Under the pieces are notes generated by a model. It worked only from the letters and a program-made list of their open reading frames with translations. It did no database searches and was not told where the DNA came from. 64,000 bases of DNA from the human T2T-CHM13v2.0 reference genome, Homo sapiens. Position numbers and translations under genes: made by a program. Location: NCBI RefSeq assembly GCF_009914755.1, contig NC_060930.1; one strand, written 5' to 3'. Below, in pieces: positions 43,513 through 59,155 of the stretch; positions within the stretch are counted from its first letter, which is position 1, and every line of letters begins with the position of its first letter.

Positions 43513-43917
43513 CTGGCCAACTCTCAGATAATCTGGTAGAAGACACGTTTTCATCCTCTACCTGACCATGTGTTGTCAATGTGAATAAAAGCAAAAGGTT
43601 GGCACATTCAAGTCTCCTGCTTTTGCCTCCTGACACTATTTCCAGGCTGTTCCTCATATTTTGTACCCAAAAGGCTAAAGTTTGATTTCCCCACAAAAAT
43701 ACATTGTATTAACTTCGAGCTGAAGCCCCAAAACCTGTATTGGCAAAACTCACTTGTGACTAATCGCTTCCTTTTTTGCTTTTGCATGGAATGCTATGTA
43801 TAATTTCCTTAAAAAAAAAAATGTACATAACAAGATGAAACTGAGTCAAATAAAGAGCGGTAAATCCGCTGAAAGTATTTACCAGATACCATTGGTAGCC
43901 TAGGGATTAAAAGAAGC

Positions 43918-43990
43918 TGGAGAGTGCAGGCGTCGATCCTGCTACCTCTTGCATGCTAAGCAAGCGCTCTACCGCTTGAGCCAATTCCCC
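43918..43990 (-). tRNA. TRA-AGC: tRNA-Ala-AGC variant
   Basis: GGGGAATTGGCTCAAGCGGTAGAGCGCTTGCTTAGCATGCAAGAGGTAGCAGGATCGACGCCTGCACTCTCCA; G9, A6-C67 mismatch, G3:U70 kept; T4 downstream; paralog of 20283-20355. Confidence 0.85.
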
Positions 43991-46900
43991 CACACCGCAT
44001 TTGTCTTTTCTGCCTGTTTTGATAACCGGGACACAAATATCGTTCCATGTCCCACTTAAGTTTCCAGCTTTTCAAACACCTCCGGGAACTTCCCTACCAA
44101 GGCGAAGCGAGGAATGAAGTTTCTGGGAGACAGCCTCAGACCTGGAAGGCAGTGACCATCCTCTGCTTTTTCAATCTGAGTCGGGATCCTGAGAAAGAGA
44201 GAAAAGATCTCATTAGGAAAGCACTAGTTCTAATCTGATTTCACTCTCCCATTAGATGAAAGAGAAGGAAGTACCGTCCCTAATTAGCAGTTACCTCAAA
44301 TGCTCTGTTGAATGCATCACTTTTTAAGAACACAAACCTGGAAATAAGCCCAAGTATCTTTTTATCGATTGATCCTTCAAGTAACTTATCTAGTATCTGT
44401 GTTACTAATTGTTTCTCCATTCAGGGGAGTTGAGATCTGTTGTTACCTATTAATCCTTGATAGATTTAATTTGCATTTTTGTACTGATTAATGTTGTTGA
44501 ACATCTTTTAGTGTGCCTTATTGGCCATATAAGCATCTTATTTTGTGAAATGCCTGCTCAAGTTTTTTGCCCTTATCCTTACTGAGTGTTTGTATCACTG
44601 AGTTCTAAAATGTGTTCTATATTCTCCATAAAAGTCCTCTGTTATATGTGTATCCATAACACATATGTTGTATAACAACTATGTGTGCATATAACATATA
44701 TTACATTTCTTTTCAAGTCTATGTCTTGCCTTTTCATTTTCTTAATATTGTCTTTCAAAGAAAAAGCATTTTAATATTTTATGAAATCCAGTGTATCTTT
44801 TTTTGTAAGGGCTCATGCTTTTCTGGTTCCTTCTGAAAAAGCTTTGCCTACATCAGATATGTGCAGACTTCTTTTCTTCTACAAGTTTGATAACTTTAAC
44901 GTGAAGCTTTACGTATATAAACCATTTTGATTTAATTGTTGTATAGGATGTGAGTTAAGGGTAGGGAATCATTTTTTCCATACTCAGTTGCCTGGGACCA
45001 TTTGTTTAAAAAACTCATTAAATAACATTTTACCTCTGTCATAAATCAGTTGACCACATACGTTGGTCTGTTTCTGGACTATCTGTTCTATTCCGTCAAT
45101 CTGGGTAAGTATCCTTGAGACAATACCACATTATTTTGATTACCTTAGCTTTATAGTAAGTCTTGAAATTACTTGGTGTAAGTCCTCTAACTTTGTTTTT
45201 CTTTTCCTAATTATTTAGGTTACTCTAAGTCCTTCAGAATAAGCTTGTCAATTTCTGTAAAAACAAACAAACAAAACAAAACAAAAACTCCTGCTGGGAT
45301 ATTTGTTGGGATTGTACTAAATCTATAGATCAACTCAGAGAAAAAAAAAGTTATCTAAATAATATTAAATTTCTCAATCTGTAAATATGGCAAACACCAC
45401 CAATTATTCAGGTTTTCCTGAGTTTTTCTCAGCAATCTTTAGTAGATTTCTAGGTACAAGTCTTGTGCACATTGACAAGTTTATCTCTAAATATTTCATT
45501 TGTTTTAAACCTATTGAAAGTGGTAATTTAATTTTCCATTTTTTTGATGCTAGTACATAGAAATACAATTAATTTTTGTATATTGTAATCTGTGACATAG
45601 CTGCATTTACTTATAATGCTTATTTTTGTAGATGCATTAGGATTTTTTGTGTATCTGATCATGTTGCTTGCAAACGAATATATTTTTCTTATTCTAAAGT
45701 GAGTATGCCATTTATTCTTCATTCATGCGTTCCTTACTTTCTGACACTAGCTAGGACTTTCAGTAAAATGTAGAAGTAGTAAGGACAGATATTTTGCACT
45801 TTTCTCCAATATTAAAGGGTACATATTTATTCTTCCACTATTAACTCTATTGCTAGTTGTAGGACTTTCTTAAACGCCCATTATTCATCTGAGGAATTTT
45901 CCTTCTATTCTTAGCTTACTGGGATATTTTTTAAACACCACGAATGAATGGCAAATTTGGTCCAATATTTCTTCTGCATCTAGTGAGATGATTACATGTA
46001 TTTTTTGTTTTGTTAATGTGGTATATTACATTTAATTGACTTTTCAATGCCTAACTAATTTTTTATTCCCGAGGCAATCTCCCCTAACTCATGGTGCATT
46101 ATGCTTTACAGATAATGCTGGATTCAATTTGTTAATATTTTAATTCAGTATCTGTTGGTAAATGTGTCAGAGAAGGGTCTCCAAGTGTGGAACGCGCCGC
46201 TTTCACAGCTCAGAGAAACATGGTGAGCACAGTGCTCCCTTCTAAGTGACGGGAGCTTCGAGATACAACAATGAGACTTTACTTTGGAGGAAATGTCTCA
46301 GAATTTCACAGATCCTAAAAACTTTCATTCACGAACCAGGTCGATGAATGGTTTCTGTGTTTCTCTCCCACCCTCTGGAGCATGCAGGGCTTAACAAAAT
46401 CTGCAACTTACTTGACACTTCTTGCTCATCGAAGATTTAAATGATACTATCAATACAGTGTACCAATGTTTTGCTGTTGGTGCAGACAGTTCAATTCTCT
46501 TTGGACTAGATTAGGAAAAATTGGGGGACTTGGTATACCTCTGGAGTAAGAACATAAATGCATACTTTTGTCTAGTCCATGTGAATATGAACTGTTTCTG
46601 TTCTTTCTTCCTGATAACAATAGAAAAAATGCATTCCCCAAATCAAAGACTGCATGCCAAAGACCTTGCAATTTTTGCTTTTATGTTCATATTGTTTATA
46701 ACATGATTAATTTATTAACTTTACATTCCAATTCTATTTTCTTATGTATTCAAGTGAAAAGTGTTAATTATGAGAAATTCTGCACTATGGCACTGCTAAT
46801 ATTGCAATCTATATCCCAGACTTCGTTTTACCGACAGAAGAAAGCATACCCTCATCAATTTGTCATGTCTTCGGAAGAAGGGACATGGGTTTGTAGTGGA

Positions 46901-47967
46901 ATTCATGACTTTTTCTGCCTGAACATTAATTAGCAGAAGCATGCTCCATTTCTTTATATAGACCCACTCTTAGAACCAAGGTGAACTGAGTGAAAAAGAT
47001 ACTTGCCTTTATATTTCTCTTATCAAACTAACCATTCTTGAATCTACCTTTATCACTTTTCTCCCAGGACCTCCTAGTGGAAGAAACTGTGAAAATGGCT
47101 GGTGTCACTTCAGACGCAAAAGGAAAAGTGGCACATCATGTTCAGAATCCGATTAAATAGTGTCAGCAATTATTACCTCTGCTTAAAGGATTCAGAGCTG
47201 AGTTTGTTCAGCTACCCTGCCCTGACTAATGGCATCATGCAGGTGTACTTAGAAGTAAATTTAAAACTCCCCCTTACTTTAGGATCACACATCTCCTAGG
47301 GTAATTGCAGGAGTGATTGGGAAAGAGCAGTCTACTCTGAGGAGGTCAGATGGAGACCAAGTGAATCCTGTAAAATACAAGTAGTGTCATATGACAAAAA
47401 TGCAAATCCAACACTACTAAGTCTTGGATTTCTTCTTTGTTTCCTTGATTAATTTTCTTGCTTCGCTCCAAAAATCATAGCATAAAGCAAATTATTGTTC
47501 TACCTATTGCTTTCCACTTTACTCATCTTTCATCTGGTGTCTGTGTGATTATGTCTCCATTAGAGACTGAGACCTGTTATTACCTATTAAATCCCTTCAT
47601 TCCAGGATGTGGAACTAATTAGATAAGTTTCAGATTGTTGAATTTAGTGGTTATTTTAGAGGTAATTAGATCGTTAAATTTAACACTTGTAGCTCCACAT
47701 GATGATGGAGTGCAAATATCTATTTATTCATAAATATCCATAGGCAGGGATCAGAACCAACATTGAGAAGACCCACTCCCTCCAAACAAGACGACCAAGA
47801 AAACAAATTGATTCTACTACCTTGGATTTATTAAACTTGCTGAGCAAAGAGCCGTACCTCTATGGAGTCCCAGTACTGCCTAAAACAAGGGTGAGTCAGA
47901 GACCAGAATTTAAAGGGTCTGGGGACTGGAGCTATTCATAGGACACTTTTAGGGGGAAGGTTAGTAA

Positions 47968-48351
<384 letters not shown>

Positions 48352-50965
48352 AGAATTTCTAAACTAGGCGAATCATAGGTTTATTCAGTGGAACTTAGCT
48401 GCTGGAACATGAAGATCTGCGCAGAGTTGCTGGATCCGTTTGGCTTTGGTCTTATCTTGGATCATCGGGTCTGAGTAAGCTGGTGTTAAAACAATTTGAG
48501 CTTAGTGTGGTATGGCAGGGTTTGTAGACTCGTCCTGTGCTGTAAGTCACAGGGCTTTTGCAACTTCTGTGTTTGTTCATTTCTCAATTTGCCCTCTTTC
48601 CTCACCAACAGAACTGCCCAAGAAATCAACTTACAGTATAGCTACTGGAACTTAGCTCCGAAAAGGTCCTCTGCAAATCTAGAACACTTGTTTTTTTTTT
48701 TTTTTTTTTTTTTTCCAAATAAGAAAGTTGAAGAGCAAAACGGCGTGTCTAACGTCACACATTGAGCTTTAAAGACAGATGGGATCTGGCATGCGTTTGT
48801 CAGTTAACAGTGCTAGCACAAATACAACTCTTGTTAAAATCGTAAGGATTTTATGTCGTGAGACACTCAGGACTCACCTGATCTCGGTGTTCAGTTGTGC
48901 GTAGTTTTTGATTTGCGCCTCGCCCTTGGGCAAGTGCAGAATCCTGGGGTTATACAAAGCTCATCACAGTTAACCCCTTTGTCCCAGTCCGCAGAATGAG
49001 AGCTCAGAGCCCGGCCATGGGAGGCTCGGTTATATAGGCAGGAAAATCAAGGAACCCAGGTATGAGCAGGGGCGTTTGTGGCGCGGAGAGAGCTCCTATC
49101 CCTGCCGTCCATCTACGTCTCAGGCTTGGCCCCTGGCGTGCAGAAAACCGCATCTCCCGAAATCCCAGAACGTAAACGTCACCCAGGTACTCGCTCTCTT
49201 GTCATTCTCCGGGATGTAACAGACTCGGGGTCTCTTCACGGATCACCGAAACCGCCTTCTCCGAGGCCTCCAGGGTGACTAAAGAGAGGGTGGGTGTTCT
49301 GTGTTCTCCCGCCGGTGTGTTCCTCTTCACGTCCAGCCGCTTGTGTCCGTGCCCGCTAGCGTCTCGGGAGTTTTTATAGGCACAGGATGGGGGCGTGGCG
49401 GGCCAGGGTGGTCTTGGGAAATGCAACATTTGGCCGCGGAGGAAGGAGTGCCCGTCCTCACCTAGATCCATGGGCACAGGCCCGGCGGCGGAGCCCTGCT
49501 CCCCTCCCTTATCAGTACCGCGGTTAGTGCTCTGCTTTATGGCCGCAGCAATCTCAGACACTTTCGGAGCGTGTTTTTTTTTCTTGTCCTTTCGCTCCCC
49601 TTTTCGGGCGCCAGCTTTCAAACCAGACCAAAGGTGTGCTTTTCCCCCATTATCTCCCAGCCTTCTTTCCTTTTCGCCTCTAGTCAAGACTGTGTCCACA
49701 ATTAAGCTCTCAGGAGGAGGAGGCCTCCAGCTGCCTCAAGGAAGGGCATTTCTCGCAGTGCAAAGTGCGGAAGAGGGGAGCCATACCGACTGAAGTATTA
49801 ACCAGAGTCGGTTTGCATAGAGGCTGCAATGGATAGAATTTCAGAAGTGAGGCGGAAAGACAGGCCAGCCCTGCGAAAGATGGATTGGAGAGAGGTGAGA
49901 ATCTAGTTCAAAAGCCGGGAGAAGGAACAGGACATTAGCACAATAGTCTAGGCAGAGAGCTGGACCACCTGTAATACGGCAAGGGGGTTGGTTGAGATTT
50001 CCTTTATTCAGTTATTCGAAATGTATCTATTGAGCTATTTATTAGTCCCTGGGTACTGTGGGTGTTCCTGCGTATTCAACCACCTTGTCGACGCTGCAGG
50101 ATGCGGCCCCATTACCCAGGACCCAAAGAACTTCCAAAAATGAATCCCGAGGAACAGCTGTTTCTCTACTGGAGAAGTGGGCAGCCAGGCGGAAACACGC
50201 AGGGAAATAGTTCTCTTTGGGACAGAAGGCATCAACCTCGTAAGACCCAGCGATCAGCAGAGCTCCCGGAGAGTGTTTCTTAATCTAAAGGTCATGAGTC
50301 GGGCTGCAAAGTTGTCTTGTCGTGCGTAAAATACCAATGGACTTATACCTGTTTCATCGAGAAGGAATACAATGCGAACACAAAGACTGTAATGGAACGT
50401 ATTTCTCTAAAGTGTCCTTTTCAGATAGAAATACGAGAGCGTTTTCCTGAGTTTTCTAAAAATGGGGTGGGGTAGGGATCAAATACTCACTTCTGGGAAA
50501 CATGGGCGAATTCAGTGGGAATCGTGCTAGAAGTTACGAGCAGAGGAGCCTGGGTGGGGACTTATACTGGCCTTGACGGCCCGTGGAAAGGAACTGGCGG
50601 CAATTCCTTCCGTTTTCCGTCAATTTCTTCACGGGTCGCTCAGAAGCTACGGAAGCAAAGTAGAAAGGAGTGATAGGGACAGGCCACAGTACCGGCGGAC
50701 GGTGATGGCGTTGCGTTTAAAAGGGTGGTCACTGAAACCCTTTGTCGTGAAACACTGAAGCAGGTGACATTTGAACTTTCCTTCCGCAGAATTGTATTTT
50801 AACTGAAATTTCCAGGTTAGAAGAAATTTGCCGAGGATCGTAACCAAGTTAGCAAAGATCGTAGGTTCTTTCCAACTCCAAGAACTTCAGAAAAGTTTCT
50901 TTGGTGATTGGAATAACGTTCGCCTTTAAACTTCTCAAGAGAGGTAGGGTCCGTTCCGCCGGCGG

Positions 50966-51039
50966 GGCCGGTTAGCTCAGTTGGTCAGAGCGTGGTGCTA
51001 ATAACGCCAAGGTCGCGGGTTCGATCCCCGTACGGGCCA
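50966..51039 (+). tRNA. TRI-AAT: tRNA-Ile, anticodon AAT
   Basis: GGCCGGTTAGCTCAGTTGGTCAGAGCGTGGTGCTAATAACGCCAAGGTCGCGGGTTCGATCCCCGTACGGGCCA followed by CAGGCTTTTC terminator. Confidence 0.94.
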
Positions 51040-51093
51040 CAGGCTTTTCTAATGTTTATTTCACGGGCCACAGGCTTTTCTAATGTTTATTTC
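51032..51093 (+). repeat. perfect 31-bp tandem duplication of tRNA-Ile 3' end and terminator
   Basis: acgggccacaggcttttctaatgtttatttc twice. Confidence 0.93.
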
Positions 51094-54061
51094 ACAGTAA
51101 CAATTATGTGTAGCCACGTCAAAGCTCACAAGAGAAAAAGAATGTAAATGTGTGTGAACCCAGCAATCTACACAGACTTCTAATGCTTGTCTCACAGTAG
51201 CAACTGTGGGCAGTGATACAGAAAGTCACAAGAGAACTCACGAAAGTAAATGTATTTGTACCCAGTAACCTTGATAGGACGTAGTTCGCTGAATCGTAGG
51301 GTTGCGTTTGCAGTTCAGTGTTCCTGCAAGAGCAGATGACGAAGAGAGCTAAGATTCCAGAAAGAAATTGAAATCCGGGAGGAACGTGAAAAACGAGACG
51401 AAAACACGGAAATAAGGACCTGGGCTTTTCATTCTTTTACGATTTCCAAAGTGTACAAATCTTTCTCTGTCGTGACTAACTCCTGATATGGGCTTTCCTA
51501 ACTGTGCATCTGCTTACTTCCCGCAGACCTGTCCTTGGCTTGTGCAGGGTAAGTAAAGCCTCTCAAGAACTCCCATTTTTCATTTCTATTTCCTCTCTTT
51601 TAGCTTCCCTCACTCAACTCTAGAGATACTGGACTTAAGGAAATGTCCCCATAGAACGCTGAGCCTTTCACCTCCTCTTTGCTCGTCTCACGGCTTTGTT
51701 AGACACGAAACCATCTTCTGGAAAATGTCTTCCCTGACACCTCTCCTACTTTTCTGAGTTTGGGTTGCTTTCCTCCTAGCACTCACGGAGATCCAGGTAC
51801 GCATTTGTTTTAGCGGCATTCACCATGTTGGGATTGTCTGTTGCTTGGCCATCTTCTCCATGAGACCATAAGCTTCTTGGGGGTAGGATGCTTATTGCTA
51901 AATACTTTCAAAAGTCTGCATGAGCCAATGAAGAGTGAAGGATAGGTGTGCAGGCATGATGGAAAGAGTGTCTTGTGGTCCAAATGGGCTTCACGGGTCT
52001 GTAGAATCCATGCTATCGCAACATAGTGCATTTTGGTCAGACGAACAATAGGCTACACTATATGGTGATTGGCTCCATTTCACTGAACGTACCTCTAAGG
52101 CTCTGAGTGGCTCTATATGCCCCCCAGGACTGGATAGTGGTAAAGGACAGAGCATGCGCAATAGATCCAAAGTCAGGCAAGGTCTGAAATGTTTAACTTT
52201 GCTGAGGCTGAGAGACAGGAATGAACCCTCTTCCGCGATGGGAATTTCTACTCCACTGATCCATAGTAAATAAAACAGCGAGCCAATGCACCTCAAACCT
52301 CTATTTTCTATTACATTAATGTGATTGGTTTTGACATTTTCAAAATTCAAGTGATCACAATGATTTAGAACTAATGTTTACAAAACTATAATTTAGGAAA
52401 TCCTTAGCTGTAAGCAGACACACCTACACAGAATAAAGAGAGTGATATGCCCTTTACTTCAGTGTCATTTATAACACTGGGGTAATAATACTTGGGGAAG
52501 CTGAAAAACTATATTGACCGACTTACGTAAAAATTAAGAAACATTCAGTATAATTTCTAGCACATAGTGCTGAAAACCTCCTTGTATGTGGAATATTGTT
52601 CACCTTTAAGGAAAATGCTTTCAAGGTCTGAGGAGAGATAGTAACGCATTTCTGTTGCTACTGGCTGTTTTGCTCATTTAGTTGTAGCAACAAGCTTCTG
52701 TGAACATAAAAATGAAATAACGCTTAAAAAAACAAAATAGATGGTGGAGGAACACAATAGGGATGCAAAGTAAGGTATGATTTTCTAGGCAAAAATTGAG
52801 CTGTACAAAATAATGTAGTAAAGGATTTGTGCCTGATTCTTTTTTGTATCCCCTTTGAAGCTTATTTAGCTTATATTCCAAGGCCTCAATTGTCATCCTT
52901 CTCCCAACAAGACTGTTTCTCTGTACCACGAACATTCTGGTGAAATTCTCTGCTTAAGCATCTTGACCTCTTGAGCACTCATCTTTGTACTGAGACCCCG
53001 ATATATGCCCAAATGATGCCCTTCCATAGGAGGGTTTCTTGTTTTGCCCAAAGAGCAATCAATTTTTCAAGCAATTTAGGGCTCTTTCCTCACTCGGGGT
53101 CTATGTGAAACCTTAGAGGGAAGCCTGTTCTTTCCAGGAAGAGAATCCCGGTGGGTTCTAACCTCAACCTGTAAATCCACTAAGCAAGCTCCTACTGAAC
53201 ACCTATGATGCAAGCTCAATCCAAGAGGCCAGCACTCTGCAAGGGGAAGGCAACCAAAGCAATAGGTAATGCTTACTGAGCAGTTCTTATTGATCAGATC
53301 CCTCTCTAGGTGCTGGGATCCAGCCAGAGAATCCCACAGTCCTCATTTCCTACGTGAAGAAAGATGATTGAAGGAAGGAGCAGGAGTGGGGAGTGGGGAG
53401 GGGGTGGAGGGTGGGTAAAGGATGTCTTCAAGGTGACAACTTCTCAGATTCCGCTCCTAAAAGCTTCTGAATGGGCCATCTCCACACTCCCAAGTCCCTT
53501 ACTGCCTGTGGGTTCCTTCCCAGTAGACGTTGTCACATAACATCTTATGTATTTTTCTTGTTTGCTTCTGATCTGTTTCTCTTCACCCCTATCAACTAGA
53601 AACTAGCTTCGCAAAGGTGAAGAATATATGCGTTTTTTCACTGTTGAATGGCTGTACCCCGAACAGTCTCTTAACAAGATACGTGCTCGAGAAATACATG
53701 TAGGATAAAAGAATAAATGACTTCACCCACTCACCTCATAATTACAATTGGGTAACCTTGAGAGCAGAAAGCTCGACAAAAAATTTCCTGTTTCTTCCAT
53801 CAGCTAGTGAGAAAGACCAATTATATGATATAGCTTGCAGTTTCTTCTGTAATCTATATCCCTTTACCACTCATTTTACTCAAACCACTGACAAGCCAAA
53901 AAACAAACAAACAACAACAAAAAAACTCCAAAAAACCGAAATCACTTTTCCATTCTAAGCTAATGTTGAGTCAGTCTTCAAACTGTTATCTCATAGCATT
54001 TGCATTTCATTATTTAGTGCACCCATTTTGTTTCCCTCAACTGAAATAGCAGCAAAAACTG

Positions 54062-54134
54062 TATCCTCTCTGATGTTCAAACTCAAAACCTTTAGATTAT
54101 GAGATTGATGTGTGGCCTGCTGCAGAAAGAGGGC
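54062..54134 (-). pseudogene. decayed tRNA-Met relic
   Basis: Colinear 73-nt match to 5760-5832 with many transitions (CpG decay); CTCATAA loop still visible. Confidence 0.8.
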
Positions 54135-55389
54135 GGTTCTCACCCAAGAATTGACATCCCACGTGCTATTTTCCCAAGCACTGCTGCTTTATCAGTTCCT
54201 AACTTTCAAAGAACACAATCAATGGTGCTTGGAAATCACTCTTTATCAGCCAATCCTGCACCCAAAGAATTTTATCCTCAGGACAGGTGGAATCTACCCA
54301 TTTCTAGTATTCATCTAACAAGACGACCATCTTGAGGCAAGAGGCCAAGAACAATTGTACCTGTTTTGCTGACTTTTTCCCTCTTGTGGCCCAGTGATCT
54401 GACTTCTCCCTCCTTCAGAGATCTTAATCACTCTTACACCTCCTATGGTGTCCTTTTTTGAAAAGACACACAGGACATGTTCAGTCCATAATAGTTCACT
54501 GACTGACCAACTGAACGAATGAAGGAATGAAAAAATAGTCTTTAAAGGTGTCTCCTGTCCATACTACTGTGTCTTACTCTCTATCTCCTCTTGCATCTAC
54601 ACGACTGGAGACAATCCTGCTACAAAAAGTGTAAAGCAAATCTTGTATGCCATTAATTATACTAAGAGATTTATTGAATTTACTTCATGTAGTCCAACAG
54701 AGTTTCACCAACAAAACTATGTGTCCTAATCTGGACTTTCTAGAAGTAATGGAACCTCAGATAAGTTTTGTTTCCAAGGTGCCAGAGCTGCTAAGTGTCA
54801 AAGCTTGAACTGAGGAGAAGATGTTTTAGATTTTAAAACATGATTCTTTCTCTGCTCCAGTTCACAATCTTACTCCCTACTCCTCTCCACAGCACCCCAT
54901 TCATTCACACACCAAATATCTCATTCCCCAAATCCCCTTCACTTACCTTTTGGGCTTTGTTTCCAAGTCAACTTTTGACACATTTTTCTCCTTCAAACAC
55001 CACATCCAGTGATTTGTGAAATAGTAAACATTATTCCTGCACAACATTTTTGAACCTGTCAATTCCTTTCCATTGATTCAGTACACATTCACAGGGAAGA
55101 TGCTCTGTGCCAGACACTGTGGTAAGTTCAGGAGATTCTAAAGATTCAAGCAGCCCAGACCTCAAGAGAAGGCAGGACAAATATGGAGAAGGGAAGATCC
55201 ACGTCCAGTTTTACGATTTCAGTCTCCGTGTCATGTCATTTACAGCTAAATAACCCTTTCAAAAATGTCAGTTTCAATATATCACTCTTTTGCACCCTGA
55301 ACATTCCTGATTTCCTAGTTATAGCATGATCTTGTTTTTCTTTTATTTTTTTTCTCTTCTTTCTACCCAAATTGTGATTTTGCTGTAGA

Positions 55390-57800
<2,411 letters not shown>

Positions 57801-58288
57801 TTGTCTTTGATCAGAGCCACTTATTCACAGCTCACAGGCGCATCCAGGAGTTCACATACAACTTGACAGGTTTGCTCTCCACAGTGTCTTTCCTGGTTAC
57901 TTGGCAACTCCTAGTTTCGGTCTCCCGATCAGAAAGCTGGGGCTGTATTTACCTGAGTGGCTCTGCCCTGCGCTTTCCATAATTATGCTGCATTTAGGAC
58001 CAAGCTGCAGGAGGAAACAGGGAGAATAAGTGCAACTGGATATGTCCCTTTGTATCACAGCTCCTCAAAGAAACAGAAAACTAATTACACATCGATAGAT
58101 CTATACTATACCACATACCAGTAGAATCTTAGTCAAGCCCGTATTGTTGCTGCCCTTACATAATGAGCCAAAGAAGTGTCCAGGCTGCTACTGAGATGAG
58201 TGTCTAACTTACTGTTTTCTGAGATCAGTGTCTAACACATATTTTTTTCCACTGTAACCTGGAGACCTGAGGTCCGACTAGTGAAACC

Positions 58289-58361
58289 TGGAGAATGTGG
58301 GCATCAATCCCACTACCTCTCACATGCTAAGCGAGCACTCCACCACTTGAGCTACTTCTTC
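58289..58361 (-). pseudogene. decayed tRNA-Ala-AGC relic
   Basis: GAAGAAGTAGCTCAAGTGGTGGAGTGCTCGCTTAGCATGTGAGAGGTAGTGGGATTGATGCCCACATTCTCCA; acceptor stem broken, G3 lost. Confidence 0.82.
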
Positions 58362-59117
58362 ATCTCACAGCATCTTTTTTCATCCTTAGTGGGCAGTCTA
58401 GAACACACGCGACTTCAAGGCCTTCACCGCGAAAGCAGGGCTCCACTAAGAGCAGATCTTCTCATTGATGGCCCAGGGCAAGAGTGCAGTGGGTACTTAT
58501 TCTCTGTGAGGAGGGAGGAGAAAAGGGAACAAGGAGAAAGTCACAAAGGGAAAACTCTGGTGTTGCCAAAATGTCAAGTTTCACATATTCCGAGACGGAA
58601 AATGACATGTCCCACAGAAGGACCCTGCCCAGCTAATGTGTCACAGATATCTCAGGAAGCTTAAATGATTTTTTTAAAAGAAAAGAGATGGCATTGTCAC
58701 TTGTTTCTTGTAGCTGAGGCTGTGGGATGATGCAGATTTCTGGAAGGCAAAGAGCTCCTGCTTTTTCCACACCGAGGGACTTTCAGGAATGAGGCCAGGG
58801 TGCTGAGCACTACACCAGGAAATCCCTGGAGAGTGTTTTTCTTACTTACATCTGAGACATGTGTTGTCTTCTTGCTAAGGTGTGTCATGTAAAAGTTACA
58901 TATCCAACTGCATGGCAGAACAATAATAACAAAAAAATGCAGATAAGAGGCATAAAGAATAAGAGACAAAGATCATATCAGAGTGAAAGAATAAAGAAAA
59001 CACATTCAGCAATGCAGAGAAAGAGTGGACATAGGGTGGAGAAAACCTAGGGTAGGTATAGGGTGGAATGTTTGTAGGAATTCCTGTGTAAAGAAATATG
59101 CCTGTTCAATTTAAGTG

Positions 59118-59119
<2 letters not shown>

Positions 59120-59149
<30 letters not shown>
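59120..59149 (+). repeat. (GT)n microsatellite
   Basis: About 15 GT units. Confidence 0.95.

Positions 59150-59155
<6 letters not shown>

Noticed and set aside
51032-51271. Short direct repeats as a CRISPR-like array or a tRNA-targeted integration (att) site
   Set aside because: Only two adjacent copies, no spacers and no intervening element; primate DNA.
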